Source: Spizellomyces punctatus DAOM BR117 (lineage: Eukaryota). Taken from it: a stretch of DNA of 64,000 nucleotides. The stretch is taken from NCBI GenBank assembly GCA_000182565.2, contig KQ257451.1. One strand, given 5' to 3'. This document shows, piece after piece, positions 43,452 to 55,706 of this stretch (positions are counted from its first letter, which is position 1; each line of letters opens with the position of its first letter). The position numbers and the translations under genes were made by a program. The notes below the pieces were generated by a model that made no database searches, was not told the origin of the DNA, and saw only the letters and a list, made by a program, of their open reading frames with translations.

Positions 43452-46169
43452 TTATACTAATTCCATCACGGACACCTTTCCCTGAGAATTTGCGGCAAGC
43501 AACGTCCCCGATGAGTTGCGTTTCCAGCAGACTGAACTCACAAACTGCCCCGTGTCTTTATGGGATGTGGGCTGGCCCTAGGATTAACACATTCACAGCA
43601 TTAGATTGCTGCCACATCGCTTTATGACGCGAGGAAGTCCAGGTACGACGTACTGTTATAGTATCAATTCGTTTGCCAAAGGATTTAACAACCACCGGAT
43701 TCGAGACTTGCCACCAGTACAAGTAGATATCGTTTGTTTCACTGCCGCACGCGAAAAGTTCTCCATGTCGGTTCACGCTCAGTCCAACAAAGTTCTTCTC
43801 ATTGGAGTGACCAGAAAATGTTCGCACACATGTTGACTGACCACTAACTATGGAATCTGATATTGACCACAAACGGAGTGTGCAGTCGGTGGAGGCAGAC
43901 AATATGGTATCATTGGTTTGGAACTTGACATACGACACAGCTTTACGATGTCCTTCAAAGACATGTAGTGGTGCACGCATGTCGCGTATGTCATAATAGT
44001 GAATTTTATGGTCTACCGGCAAGCGGAATATGAGTGTACTACTAGCACCAGCAATAGCATAAATTGATTTACCTGCTGAACCAAATGCGATGTGATTATT
44101 ATTTTCAGGATTGAATTTCACAGAGCACACATTAGCGGCGCTATGTATAGTGGCGACTGAGTTCTTTTGATTTGTCGACCATATTTTGACTGCCACCAAT
44201 GTGGTAAGCTTGAATCCCAGGCCGACGACGGAGGCGATCGACTCACCTTTTGTGTCATCCCCGCCACTAGCAAGCCGTAGTGGATCTGTTTGACACCAGT
44301 CAACAGACCACGCTCGTTTCTCATGTTCTTCAAAATGGCACATTGCTCTCCCGATGCCTGCATCCCAGAGCGTCACTATTCCTTCATAGTCGGATGAAAC
44401 GAGATGATTTCTTATGTAGGGATTCCAGGTGAGGCAGCTTGAGATCCAGACTCATTAATTGTGATGCAACAACAGCAATGACTGGAACGGTTATTTACCT
44501 AATCTTCGATCGAGAGGACATTGTCAGCACTGGAAATCGAGGGACATCATCTTGAATCAGCGGGACATCTCCTTCGTCCTCAGAAACATTCAGTTCACAG
44601 GAGTTGCCCATAGTTTCTTCGGTCTTGCGCTTTTTCTCCTTGCTCGATTCATTTATGTGGCTACTGGAGCGCTGTGGTCTATGACCGTAGTCGAGTAACA
44701 CACTACCGTATTCGAAGATTTTGATCTTCTTCATCACACCGGCTGTCGCAAAGAACATGTCATCTTTGTCAAATTCTAGCGAAGACACAATTGCAGATCC
44801 ATTGCTAAATAGAGCATCTGCGTAGTTCAACGTCGCAATCGGTCGAAGGCTAGAGAAGCGTGAAAAACGGGTTAAGTTGGAAGCGAACTTGTCCAGCGTA
44901 TCGCAGTCTTTATAAGGCACATATATTATTTCCAATTACTCTAGCAAAATGAGATACTGTAAATCTCACCGCCAAGTCGTGTCTCCCAATATCGTTCCTG
45001 CAAGTCGCCAATGTGTTTCTCGATCCGGGTGTTCTGTTTTTGAATCAGTTTGGATGAAGAGAGTAACTTTTTGTGTTGATGGCTACTCGATAAAGCCAAT
45101 ATGCTGCCAGAGGTTTCTGGTGACCCTTCCATTTCCTATGATCGATCCAGATATGATAAATACACAATCTGAACTGACACACCTAAGGAGCTCAGTGTAG
45201 GATATACCTCAGCAGACCTCTTTTTTCCCCGATGAAGCTCCTCCTCGACTGGTATTGTATGGTTTTCTCCCCGCGCAAGAGCATCAGGCACTTGCGCCAC
45301 CGACCCTCCAATATCGACATGGAGAGCCTTCAGTCCCGTCTCCACTGCCGCAAGATCAGCCGTCACGCAAGTGAGTTGCCGATTCACTTCCTCCAAGAGC
45401 TGCAACAGTTTATATACATAGTTAAATAGGAGTATGTAACTGGACATCCCGAGATGAAGAGTAACTCACCCGCTCTTTATCAGCCTTTGCCCGTGCTAGA
45501 AAATTCTGCAGAAGTCTGAGGCTGTTCTCTTTCTCCATGGTTGCCATTTGTGCTTTCTTCTTTTGTAGCTTCACCAGCATCATATTTATGTCTGTAGCGT
45601 GAGCAGTCAACATGGCTATTTATCGATGCGATCTGCCCAAGTCGTACCATCCATACTCCAATCTTCGGGAATGTCTTGACCTTTGCAAAGCCGTGACGAA
45701 CTTTTCTTAATAAGCTCATTCACTACAGATAAAAGCGATGTTGGCATGCATCGTGGAAGGTATATTCACGTAAGTACTACACCAAATAGCCAGACAAGGC
45801 TCACATGTGTAATTAGGAGATATGTCATCGATAGTCAACGGACACACGCATATAGGGCACTCCTTTCCGTCGCTAAGATGCAGGCCAATACATTCGTAAC
45901 TGTCGGTCAACACAGGTGCCCACAGAAAATTGGTTAGCAGATGCACCTAATTTATTTGTAGCAAAATGCCTGGTGCTGACCAAAAACTGTGCCCGCACTT
46001 TGTCACAAATGCATTTTTCATAGTATCAACGCAAATAGGACTGCAGAACACGATAATATGTAGCATTACACCAGGTTGAAAGAATTCTGCCATTGCGAAT
46101 GAAGTACCAGTCATAGTCCTCTGCGTCCTCCACCAGGTCGTCCACCTCGAGAGAATCGCTTGCTGCCAT
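43452..46169 (-). CDS. COP1: E3 ubiquitin ligase COP1/RFWD2 (RING - coiled coil - WD40)
   Basis: RING (SCPICVDTMKNAFVTKCGHSF|..CIGLHL..CPIC); SAIVSSLEFDKDDMFFATAGVMKKIKIFEY; EEHEKRAWSVD; GHRKAVSYVKF; GHSNEKNFVGLS; ACGSETN; LAANSQG. Possible alternative ATG at 46244. Confidence 0.93.
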
Positions 46170-46677
46170 TCTCCGCTGCAAACCAGACTCTGTACAGCGC
46201 CGATAACCGTATTCTGTGCCTTTGTCTACTCGTTTTGCAGTCATGGTTGGGTGTGGGAAGTGTCGAACAACGATGAGGCCACACGTGATAGTTAATGATC
46301 TTCATAGCCACCCTAACTAGGACATCAGGAATTCTGCCCGAGCGTAAGCCCACCTCTTACGACCTAATGCAGGGCTCTCTTGCTTCATGTTACAGTATTT
46401 TGCATCAATTATCCGACATGCTTTTAAAGGACACCATGGCTCACAAGCCGTTGAACTATTATGAAGCAGCTCGTCGTACCCAACGTCCCAAGATCAGATC
46501 AGGTGAATCTATTTATTTGCTTACGTATGCCTTAAGGCGCCATCGGCTCTAAACTAAGCACTGCTCCGAAGGCAGACCCGTCTAGTCGTCCTGGCCGCAG
46601 ACTCCTCTTGTGGCTTGCACCGCCGCGTCCCAGAACGATTCTCCATCTCCACCACTTCCTCAAAGCCAGCATAATCC

Positions 46678-47554
46678 ATGGACAATCCTAGCTCAACAAT
46701 AAACCCAAACAGCACATGGGTGAACCTAAGAGGTCTGTTTGACATGCGCTCTGTAGCATCCAAGTGCAGTGTTCAAAAACTTGGACGAGCGTTGCAGATA
46801 GTGTTAGAGACACTTTTCTGACACTTTGGTCACATTTATGCTTGCCTAGGTTCATGGCTTACCAACATTCTGATAATGGTGTTGCTGAGACTGGGAATGG
46901 CGATAGTACCAGGAATTTCATCAGAAGCGTCTTGGACTTTGACGAACCTTGTGTATAATGCAGTAAGTTCCTGTCCAATTAATCGTTGATTCTAAGGAAG
47001 AGGAATTGTAAGACGTCCCAGAGGTGGACAAAGTCATTCTGCTGGGCTGTTGCCAAATTTGCCTTAGTAAGACTCTGTAGCCATTTAAGTAGAGAACTGG
47101 AAGATAGTATGAAAGCAGGATGAGCTTCATAAATAGCCTCCTAGCGGCATTGTATACCGTTTCGTACCCAGGCTTAATCTTCTTTTCATCCTGGTCAGTC
47201 TACATTTGTGATGTTCCATTGGGTGACTGGGATACCGTTCGATTTAAATCAAAATGAGTACGAGGGATTGACGTTATGGGAACAAATTGACAATGGGGAA
47301 CAGTTTACACCAACGAAGAAGTACCTTACCGCATTACCCATAATACTGTATGTTTGCAATCGTTTACAGCTTTGCATCGCCAACAAGAAATTTAACGCAT
47401 CTTTTACAGGTTCCTACTAAGTACACACTACACACATTACGACTTTCCTACATTTATGATCAACTTGGCGTCATTACTTGTGGTGCTCGTGGCAAAACTG
47501 CCATCGATGCACAAAGTCCGCATATTTGGCATCAATAAAGGATACACAGATTGA
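46678..47554 (+). CDS. ORMDL: ORM/ORMDL serine palmitoyltransferase regulator
   Basis: NPNSTWVNLRG|SW..SWTLTNL|..FHWVTGIPFDLNQNEYEGLTLWEQIDNGEQFTPTKKYL..|FLLSTHYTHYD..AKLPSMHKVRIFGIN. Confidence 0.95.
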
Positions 47555-47686
47555 ATTCGCAATGCGTGGGCGGGCGGCTGTGTTGAGCGAGTGACCTTAT
47601 GACCTTTTGAGTAATTATCTGGCGAAGAATATAGGATCGCGCATTTTGTTTGTGGGGGGAAACTATCACAGCCGTTCGAAATGTTT

Positions 47687-49472
47687 TCAGATCGATTGCA
47701 TAAGATTTTCCACATCTCTTTGCAGCATCTCATTTCTTGGATCGAGCTGCAAAGCTCTCTGGTACTCTTCTAGGCCCGCTTTTAGTTCCCCTGATCTCAC
47801 TTTAGCGGTTCCTATGCGGACAAGCATTTTGACCCTTGATTTTCGTCTGTCATCAGCATGAACGTCTTCGACTGTTTCCTCGCGAATCGCTTCCTCTTCC
47901 TTCGAAAGTAATGATAAAGCGGTGGTACAATCTTGTACGCAAGCGTCATAAGCATTGAGTTGGAGGTGACATGCTGCCCGATTCGATAAGCAACTGTGGA
48001 AGTTGGGTGGATATTAGATGTGAAAGGTAAACGACAACTTGGACAGAATATGACACTGTGCATACGTGAAATTGCTCGGGTCAATGTCCAGTGCTGCTGT
48101 ATACGCGTTGACAGCGGCAGCATAGTTTCCAGAACGATAGAAACTGTTGCCTTTGTCCTTGAGGAAAGTTGCTAATGGGGGTCGACAAATGATTACTCGG
48201 GGTTCAACGTGGAAACCAACTCTTAGGTACATACGATTGGACTCTTCGATGCTCCTTGCATCTGAAATATCTGCCTTTCGCCTATGCTCATCCTGCATAG
48301 CTTTGATGCGGGTTCGCCATTTGACTTAAATAATATGATTGTGAATGGAGGGCCGAAAATTCCTATTCCTCCATTGCTGGGTTCTTACCATCTTCACTTT
48401 CTCGCGCGGTTTTGGTGGGGATTAGTCCTCGCGATGTGAACGTAATATGGATCTCTTGATTGGCGCCTCGTGGAGGTGGAACCCTTTGTTCTGTGTTTAA
48501 AGTAAAGTAAGGTAAAACTTTTATGATTGCATGTGAGGCTAGCAGCGAATAGTTACGTTTTAGTTGAGCCTGAACTTTAGCCCTGATTTCCTCCATATCT
48601 AGACCTGATTCATCGTCCAAGTCATCCAGATCTTCAGTCTCCTTGCACGATTTTGTTTCCACCGAAGCTTTACATTCAGCGGATGTCGATTCATTTTCAT
48701 GCCTCTTGTCCATGACAGAATCGTCTGAGATATATCCATCATCTTTGTCAAATATTTCAACGATCCCAGACTCTTCTATCTTTCCCTTCCCTTTCCTGCG
48801 GGTGACATCTTCCCTCTCTCGATTTGCATTTTGTAGCTTCGTTTGTTCCATCCATTTGTTCAGGCCTTCCTCAGCCTGTCTCTTCTCCGCTTCCTTTAAG
48901 GATGCTAGGCGCTCCCTCTCAGCTCTTTCAACTTCAATCTGCTTCTGAATAAGCAACTGCTCTTCCTGTCTCCTTTCCGCTGCTTTACGTTGCCGCGCCT
49001 CCTCCGCTTTTTGGCGAAACCGGAGGTCGGCCTCCTCACGGCGGGTTTTGATGGGTATTGCTGAATCCTTTGGATAGGATAGATTTTCCCATGTCTGCTC
49101 TATTAACTGGGGAACAATATATAAACGAACGAGCTCACGATCAGTGCTCAAATGTCAGCGCTCGAATATGAAAGGTACCTTTGGCAGCTCAAATTTCGTG
49201 CACCCATTTCCAACGGAGACTACAGCTTTGTCAGTGTCAATTTGGTCAAATAAGTCCAGCTCAAACAAATAAGGGGGAAAGTTGATTTTCAGATACGCAT
49301 CGTTCACTATATTTATATTTTCGTGTCAACCCGCAGAAAATAGATATATCCAGAATTCGTGTTTCTTACCGTATACATCCGCCTTTTTTGGGTTTGCTCC
49401 CCTCAAAGGAACAGTTATGTAGACGCATGAAGAAGTTTGCGTCCAAGTGTAGTCGCGAACAATAATCGGCAT
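47687..49472 (-). CDS. DNAAF4: Dynein axonemal assembly factor 4 (DYX1C1): CS domain, coiled coil, TPR
   Basis: MPIIVRDYTWTQT..VPLRG..YLKINFPPYLFELDL; PPPRG..IHITFTSR..PTKTARESE; FLKDKGNSFYRSGNYAAAVNAYT. Confidence 0.92.
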
Positions 49473-49723
49473 ACTGTTAACGAACGGGGACTGGCCACTG
49501 GCCACGTCCGAAGCTGCGCGTTCGTTAGGATGTTAGCAAAGCAAGGCTAAGCCACGGACATTGAGGGTCATCTTGGCGATCCTTGGCCAGCACTGTTTAT
49601 CGAAGCTTTTTTGTTGTCGGATATAATAAAGTGATTGATTGACTTTCCTTGGCTCCCGTATATATATTTCACTGGCACCAATCTCATCCATCAATTCGCC
49701 GAAATCCGATCATTGTACCTATC

Positions 49724-50824
49724 ATGAACAAACCTGCATCCCCCGATCAAACAATCATGGCGGAAGACGTCCTGCCCTGCGTAAAGATCCTCGTAATAGG
49801 AAATGGTAAGCTTATCATACCTGTTAAAATGCCGTTGCACGTATGCTCATTCGGCACATGCTAGGAAGCGTTGGAAAATCGTCAATGATTCGGCGATTTT
49901 GTAAAGGCGCCTACAATGAAAATTATAAAAAGACCATAGGAGTGGAGTATTTAGAGAAAGAGGTGGAGATTGATGGCTATGGAGATGTTAGGCTGATGCT
50001 CTGGGATACTGCTGGTAAAACATCCTAGTGGGATAACATTGGATACGAGGATACGAGGAAGGCATCTGATTCCATCGTCTGCTATACAGGGCAGGAAGAA
50101 TTTGATGAGATCACAAGGGAATATTACAAAGGTCCGTATAGAATGCTGAGGGAGATCTTACAGAGCCATTAATTGACCTTGTGTTTACAGACACCGATGC
50201 TGTGGTACTAGCATTCTCAACGGACGATCGGCCATCATTCGAAACCGTGAAGTCATGGTGCTCGAAAATCAAGACAATTTGTGCTGACGTCTCCATGGTT
50301 CTCGTGCAGAACAAGATTGATTTGATACAGCAGGCTGCCGTTTCCTCGTAAGCTCTACCTGTGCTCCTAGTGAACGACAGCAGGATTGAAACTGTCTTCT
50401 TCTGGGACGTAGGCAGGAAGCGGAAGCCTTGGCACGGGACTTGCGCATGCGACTATTTAGGGTATCAGTCAAGGAGAGTTTGAATGTAGAAGAAGGTAGA
50501 GTTGACGTACATGAAAGACGAGGCGAGTGATACACTCTGACGATCTTTCTGGCAGTTTTCACATATCTTGCCCAAAAGCAACTGGAAAAAGAGCGAGAGA
50601 AGCGGCAGATGGCCGCAGCAGCAGCCAAAGACGTTTCTGATGATGATATTAAATGTAAGCAGTCTACGATTCCAAAACATTGTGGCGACTTGTTAACATA
50701 GTGTATGACAGCACGACCACAAAGCGGGCGCTTCAAAGACTCAAAAAATACTTCAGATAGACGAGTGACAAGTGCACGACCACCACATATGATTGGAAAG
50801 AAGGATAATTGCATAATTTCATAA
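49724..50824 (+). CDS. RAB23: Rab23 small GTPase
   Basis: IGNG|SVGKSSMIRRFCKG..YKKTIGVEYLEK..VRLMLWDTA|GQEEFDEIT..VLVQNKIDL..RVSVKESLNV; C-terminal CAAX (CIIS). Confidence 0.92.
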
Positions 50825-50910
50825 TAAGATTCAATAGTCTACATACCAATAACGAAGCTAGAGCGTTCGTTTGCTAACAAAATGCTCCACTTTAGAAACG
50901 CAAAATACAA

Positions 50911-52632
50911 CTATACGTAAAAGATTTGCCACCTCTTCCTTTCCTCGTCACTGTCAAATTCTGGTATAAACTCAATTTTACGGATTTCCGCAAATCCTTC
51001 ATCTTCACCCGGCGGTTCAAACCTTGCTGTGAAATTTCGGAAAGCTATTATCGGCAGTCGTACAGTAACACCATTCAAGCCTTGTCCCGGTTTGGACTCT
51101 GGTTTGTTTTTACTCGATGTGCTACTAGCGCGCACTGGCTCTTCCCAATGTCCATCCCTCCCCATCCGTGACATCACCTCTCTGTATACATTGTTGTGCA
51201 TACAAACGGCTTCATCCGCAAGAAACCAAAAGCATCGTACCGGTATCTCCCTGCCTAGCTTGGTACCTACCCGTTGTGCAACATTCATATACAACCGTCG
51301 CGTGCTCCGGTCAGGATTTGTATTGTCAATCACTACGCTCTTGTTTTGTTGAAGAGCAGCTTCTGATGCCTTTATGCATCGGTCTCTAGATTTCAATGTG
51401 TCTTGATTGACGTGAACATAATTGTGCGGAAGAAGATGACGTCTTGCAAAAGAGGATTTGCCAGATGCGGGAGATCCAACGAAAAGTATCAGTTCTGGTT
51501 GGGTCGAGGCCGGAGGGAGAGTAGGTGGCACGTTGGCGCTGGTAGTTGGGTCGTCACGTAGGTATCGACGAGGATCAAAGGTGGGATGTGGTGCATGGTG
51601 TGAGCGAGGGATGTCTTGCCGGTCTGGAGATGGTATTGTGGTTGTGCGACTATGCCAAAAGGCTTCGGGAGTTAAGAAGGGGAATCCGACATTCAACGCG
51701 AATTTGTGATCAGTGTCCGCAAAATCTTTGCTAGCTCCAGGTTTATGCCCAGCATGCCTTCCCGCTGCATCCCCGACATAAAAGCTCTTATCTTTCTCCA
51801 CCACCACCCCAGCAGTCCAGTCACGTTCAAATTTCTCCCACATTCCCGGTCGAGGTTTACGATTCCAGTCATCGCCCGTAGCCGCGAACACCAGAATTGG
51901 GGGAACAGGCACACCCTCTTTTTCTGCCTTCTTCCGGACAGCATTGATGACATTCTCGACGCGTCCCATAAACGAAGCTTTTCGATTTTTGCTGCGTGTG
52001 TCATTGCCTTCAATACCCTTCTGATTGGAGAAAATTACAATACGATAGCCTTCTTGATTGTGCAGGGATATCAGTCGGTCTGGTACTGAAGGATGAAAGA
52101 AAGTCCAGTCATCTGCGTTTTTAGCATGGACGTGGTTGCCGCGGACTTTTACAATAGTCCCATCAAAATCGAATGACGCGATCCGACTGGTTTGCGGCTG
52201 GGAAAGATAGGTTGCGACAAGCACACTCGAGGTATGTGTCCATTTGACTGCTGGGAGGTTTGACAGGACGGCGTTTGTTGCAACAGCGGTGGTTGTAGAG
52301 TGTTTGGCAAAAAAAGGGTGAATCGGAAGGGCAGTGCCTATAGGCTGCTGTGTAGCTTCAGACGTTGAGTTGACCACCACATGAAGCTGGCCGTCCATCA
52401 TCGTGCTAGATGCTACTGCGCTTGTGCTTGCTGTTGCAACTTTGACGTCTGAGAGAGAGTCCGCGGACCGAGAACGTTTGGCAGGGGGATTGTCCTGAAT
52501 GGAGATCTGTGACTTGACAGCACTTTCATTTCCTTCCAATTTAGCAGCTATTTCCGTGCCATCACTCTTCAATTCCATTTTATCGATCTGTGTCATGCTT
52601 TCGACGCATGCTACCTTCCGTTTATTCGCCAT
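50911..52632 (-). CDS. PNKP: Bifunctional polynucleotide 3'-phosphatase/5'-kinase, intronless
   Basis: HAD motif SFDFDGT, SNQKGI, RKPRPGMW, FYVGDAAGR, DHKFALNVG; kinase P-loop GSPASGKS, VNQDTL, VIDNTNPD, HNNVYR. Confidence 0.95.
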   Translation of the reverse strand: MANKRKVACVESMTQIDKMELKSDGTEIAAKLEGNESAVKSQISIQDNPPAKRSRSADSLSDVKVATASTSAVASSTMMDGQLHVVVNSTSEATQQPIGTALPIHPFFAKHSTTTAVATNAVLSNLPAVKWTHTSSVLVATYLSQPQTSRIASFDFDGTIVKVRGNHVHAKNADDWTFFHPSVPDRLISLHNQEGYRIVIFSNQKGIEGNDTRSKNRKASFMGRVENVINAVRKKAEKEGVPVPPILVFAATGDDWNRKPRPGMWEKFERDWTAGVVVEKDKSFYVGDAAGRHAGHKPGASKDFADTDHKFALNVGFPFLTPEAFWHSRTTTIPSPDRQDIPRSHHAPHPTFDPRRYLRDDPTTSANVPPTLPPASTQPELILFVGSPASGKSSFARRHLLPHNYVHVNQDTLKSRDRCIKASEAALQQNKSVVIDNTNPDRSTRRLYMNVAQRVGTKLGREIPVRCFWFLADEAVCMHNNVYREVMSRMGRDGHWEEPVRASSTSSKNKPESKPGQGLNGVTVRLPIIAFRNFTARFEPPGEDEGFAEIRKIEFIPEFDSDEERKRWQIFYV

Positions 52633-52712
52633 TTTTGGCACCGACCTCAGACCCAGATGTCAGATCCGTAAGATCGACAATACCCACAAAACTGGTGGTA
52701 TTGCACTGCATG

Positions 52713-52720
52713 TCACGTGA
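52713..52720. promoter_or_regulatory. TCACGTGA upstream of PNKP
   Basis: Palindrome ~80 bp upstream of the PNKP ATG. Confidence 0.5.
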
Positions 52721-52877
52721 ACCTGGGAGCCGACAAAATGCAGGACCGATGGTGTTATTGAGAAGCTGTACAAACAAAATAAACCTAGTAGACCGAGCAG
52801 AACAGTCTCTGAGAATGGAAATGCAAGAATTCCCTACGTAGCTACCCAGCACCTATGATGTTCCCTCCGCACCGCAA

Positions 52878-53279
52878 TTACCGGGACGGATAGGCATCAG
52901 CGGAATGTAAGCTAGCACTACCCCTCTGAATCGCATTAAATGTCTCAATCTCGGTTGTGTCGTTATCCCTATTCGACTGCGCATTGGCTTCCGGTACAAG
53001 AACTCCAGCAGCACCCCCAGATTGCAAAGCCGACATGGGGAGTGCGTTGCCAGAGGCCTCGCGACGAATGGCTTCCTGGTGCTGGAAATCGCGAGCGATG
53101 GACGTCTCCGTGTGAGGAGCGCCAACCATTCCCGGTTGCATTAGAGCAGATTCCTCCGTAGTGGGGATGTCGAGATGGCTAAGATGGTAGATGAAGTGTA
53201 AGTTACGGTCTGCCACGGAGCCCAGCAATATATAAAGTACTCTCGTTTCCGTCTTCTTCACAGTGACTTACCTGGACAT
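52878..53279 (-). CDS. Small hydrophilic hypothetical protein (~100 aa, 2 exons)
   Basis: ATGTCCAG|GTAAGT donor and cttag acceptor give MSSHLDIPTTEESALMQPGMVG..ARDFQHQE..TEIETFNAIQRG. Confidence 0.6.
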
Positions 53280-53503
53280 GATAATGGCCAGATAAAAACT
53301 TGTAGAAACAGAAATATCAGTTACAAACCGGTTGCTGTAAACAACGAGAGGTCAAAAGACCGACGCTTAGTAAGCCGTGGTCATTAACATAATGCTTGGT
53401 AAGCAGCCATACAATCACCTATTTACAATTAGAAAAAGGAACTACATAGTACAAAAATTACCACCTTCTACGATTCTTGATCAGAATTTCATCAGCCTAT
53501 CAT

Positions 53504-55706
53504 TCATACAAAGTATTGGGTATCTAAACCGATTGAGAAATCCCACACAATGATTCGCTAAGAAAAAAATGAGATAAAGAGTCATGGGAACAGCGATCTC
53601 ATTAAGCATCTCCTCACCTGGTCCTGGCTACAGCTTACAATCTTTGTATCATTGAAAAGCAGCTTGAACACGCGACTGGAGTGACCTCCTTCCTTCAGAT
53701 CCAACAGCAACGCCCCAGTATGCAGGTCCCAAACCTTCAGAGTTTCGTCATATGATCCGGATACAATTCGCCGAGAATCGAATTGAAGGGTTCGCACTAA
53801 CGATGTGTGTCCTGTGATCGTTCTAAGGAGTGTCCCAGAGTGCACATCCCAGACTTTTATGGTGCTGTCTGTAGTCAAAAAAAAAAGTATAAATAGCCCA
53901 TTCTTGAACAGCGGTGGGTCGCCCGGACCACTGTACCTGACGACCCAGAAACAATAGTATCCCCGTCGAATTGAATGCACGCGATGCCACGAGTATGTCC
54001 AACAAGATTCTTTGTCTGTTGTCCAGTTTTCACATCCCAGACTTTGATTTGTCGGTCTTTTGCAACAATTAAGTTTTTCTTCCTCTCAAAAAAGAAAAGC
54101 AACAAACAATCTTTACCCACCTCCAGACGCAGATACTACAGTTCCTTTCCTGAATTGCACAGCATTCACCGCAGCCCGGTGTCCCCGCATCGTATGAATC
54201 AGCTCTCCAGTGTTGAGGTCCCACACTCGCACCGTCGTGTCCTTACTGCATGACACTATGCGATCGCCCTCAAAGCGTAAATTCAAAACCGATTCACAAT
54301 GACCCTCGAGCGATCTCAAGATTCTTCCAGTGGCAAGATCCCAAATCAGAATGGTGGCGTCCGATGAACCGGACACAATGCGGGTTTCGTCGTATTGTAA
54401 GCACAGCACCGAGCCTTTGTGCCCGTACAGGGTAGCTGTGCAATTGCCGCTTATCATATCCCAGATTTTGATGGTATCTTATTTGATGTCAGCGTTAGGC
54501 CATGCACTAATTGAGTACGTCACTCTACATACCGTCTCGTGAGCCCGACACGATTTTGTCGTCATCAAACTGCAAGCAATAAACTGCCTCCTTATGCCCA
54601 GTAAACGTTCGAGTATTATATCTCATCGTCATCCAGTTCTTCTCTAACAAAACCCTTTGATGGTAAACATGCCGCCAGTCTATAAGGTGTTTTGATGAAG
54701 CGGCTTCTGTCTCCGCGCTTCTTCCTTTTCCTTTCTGCTTCGGCTTTGAATGCGTAAGAGTTTGCGATCGACTCCGTTTAACTGCGCGCTCAACCAGAGA
54801 TTCCTGATCAACTCTATGTGCCGAGGGAGGGACATCGATAGCCGTTGTGTCCGATGTCGATGATTCTATTGGGCTTGCTGACGCCGCGAACATGGGCTCA
54901 TCCTCTCCAGTATGCCACTGCTCGGCAGAGGAACCGGTGCTGGAATAAGACGTTCCGAAAGAGTGAACAGTTGCGTCAGAAGTAGCGCTGGTCGATCCAG
55001 TTTCTATTGTCCTTGCAGCTTCGGCGATTCCTGAATCTCTAGCCCGATTTCTTCTCCTATTTGGCCGGTAGGGCCCATACTCCGCCTCTAAAGCAGCAGC
55101 CACGTACGCTTTCCTCCTCTTTCGCTTCTCCTTTCTATACACAGGATCATTCGCCTCTTTGATTATTTCGGACATAGCATAAGGACTAATATCCCAACCA
55201 CTCCTTCGGTAAAGATTGTGCCAGACAGAGTTATCGTAGGCCACATCCTTCCATTTTTTGGATACTTGTGCTACCCGGCTTATTGTCCGTATGTCAACAT
55301 AACTCAATATCTGCTCGGCAAGCTCTCTAGGTAGCGCACTTAGAAAGTCTCGCTGCAACAGGGGCGCCAGTCTTGTCGTGACGTTAGCGAGAGTTGGTGT
55401 TGAGACGGTGAGAAGCAACTGGAAGGCAAATTCTGTGGGGACAGATAAAACATCGATAAGTCAATGCCTCTGGTGAAATGTGGCCTCCCTCTCCTCATGT
55501 TTGCACCAACAGACTCCACCCACAGTAAAACCTCACACTCCTCGTTCTCAGGGCTCTGTGCAGTCATGTTTATCAGACCCACCTGCTTTCTGCTCCTCTG
55601 ACCATTCAGAAATGTGGACCGGCAGTGATTTCGCCGAAGCTGGCATTAAGCAGAATTCTTCATAACCCTCATCCGCGTCATTGAGACGTATGTGAGTCGC
55701 TGACAT
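53504..55706 (-). CDS. F-box/WD40 protein, beta-TrCP/Pof11/FWD-1-like SCF substrate receptor
   Basis: LQRDFLSALPRELAEQILSYVD F-box; WD40 repeats GHKEAVYCLQFDDDKIVSGSRD, GHKGSVLCLQYD, GHRAAVNAVQF, GHTRGIACIQFD, IVSCSQD|..IIVWDF. Confidence 0.9.
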
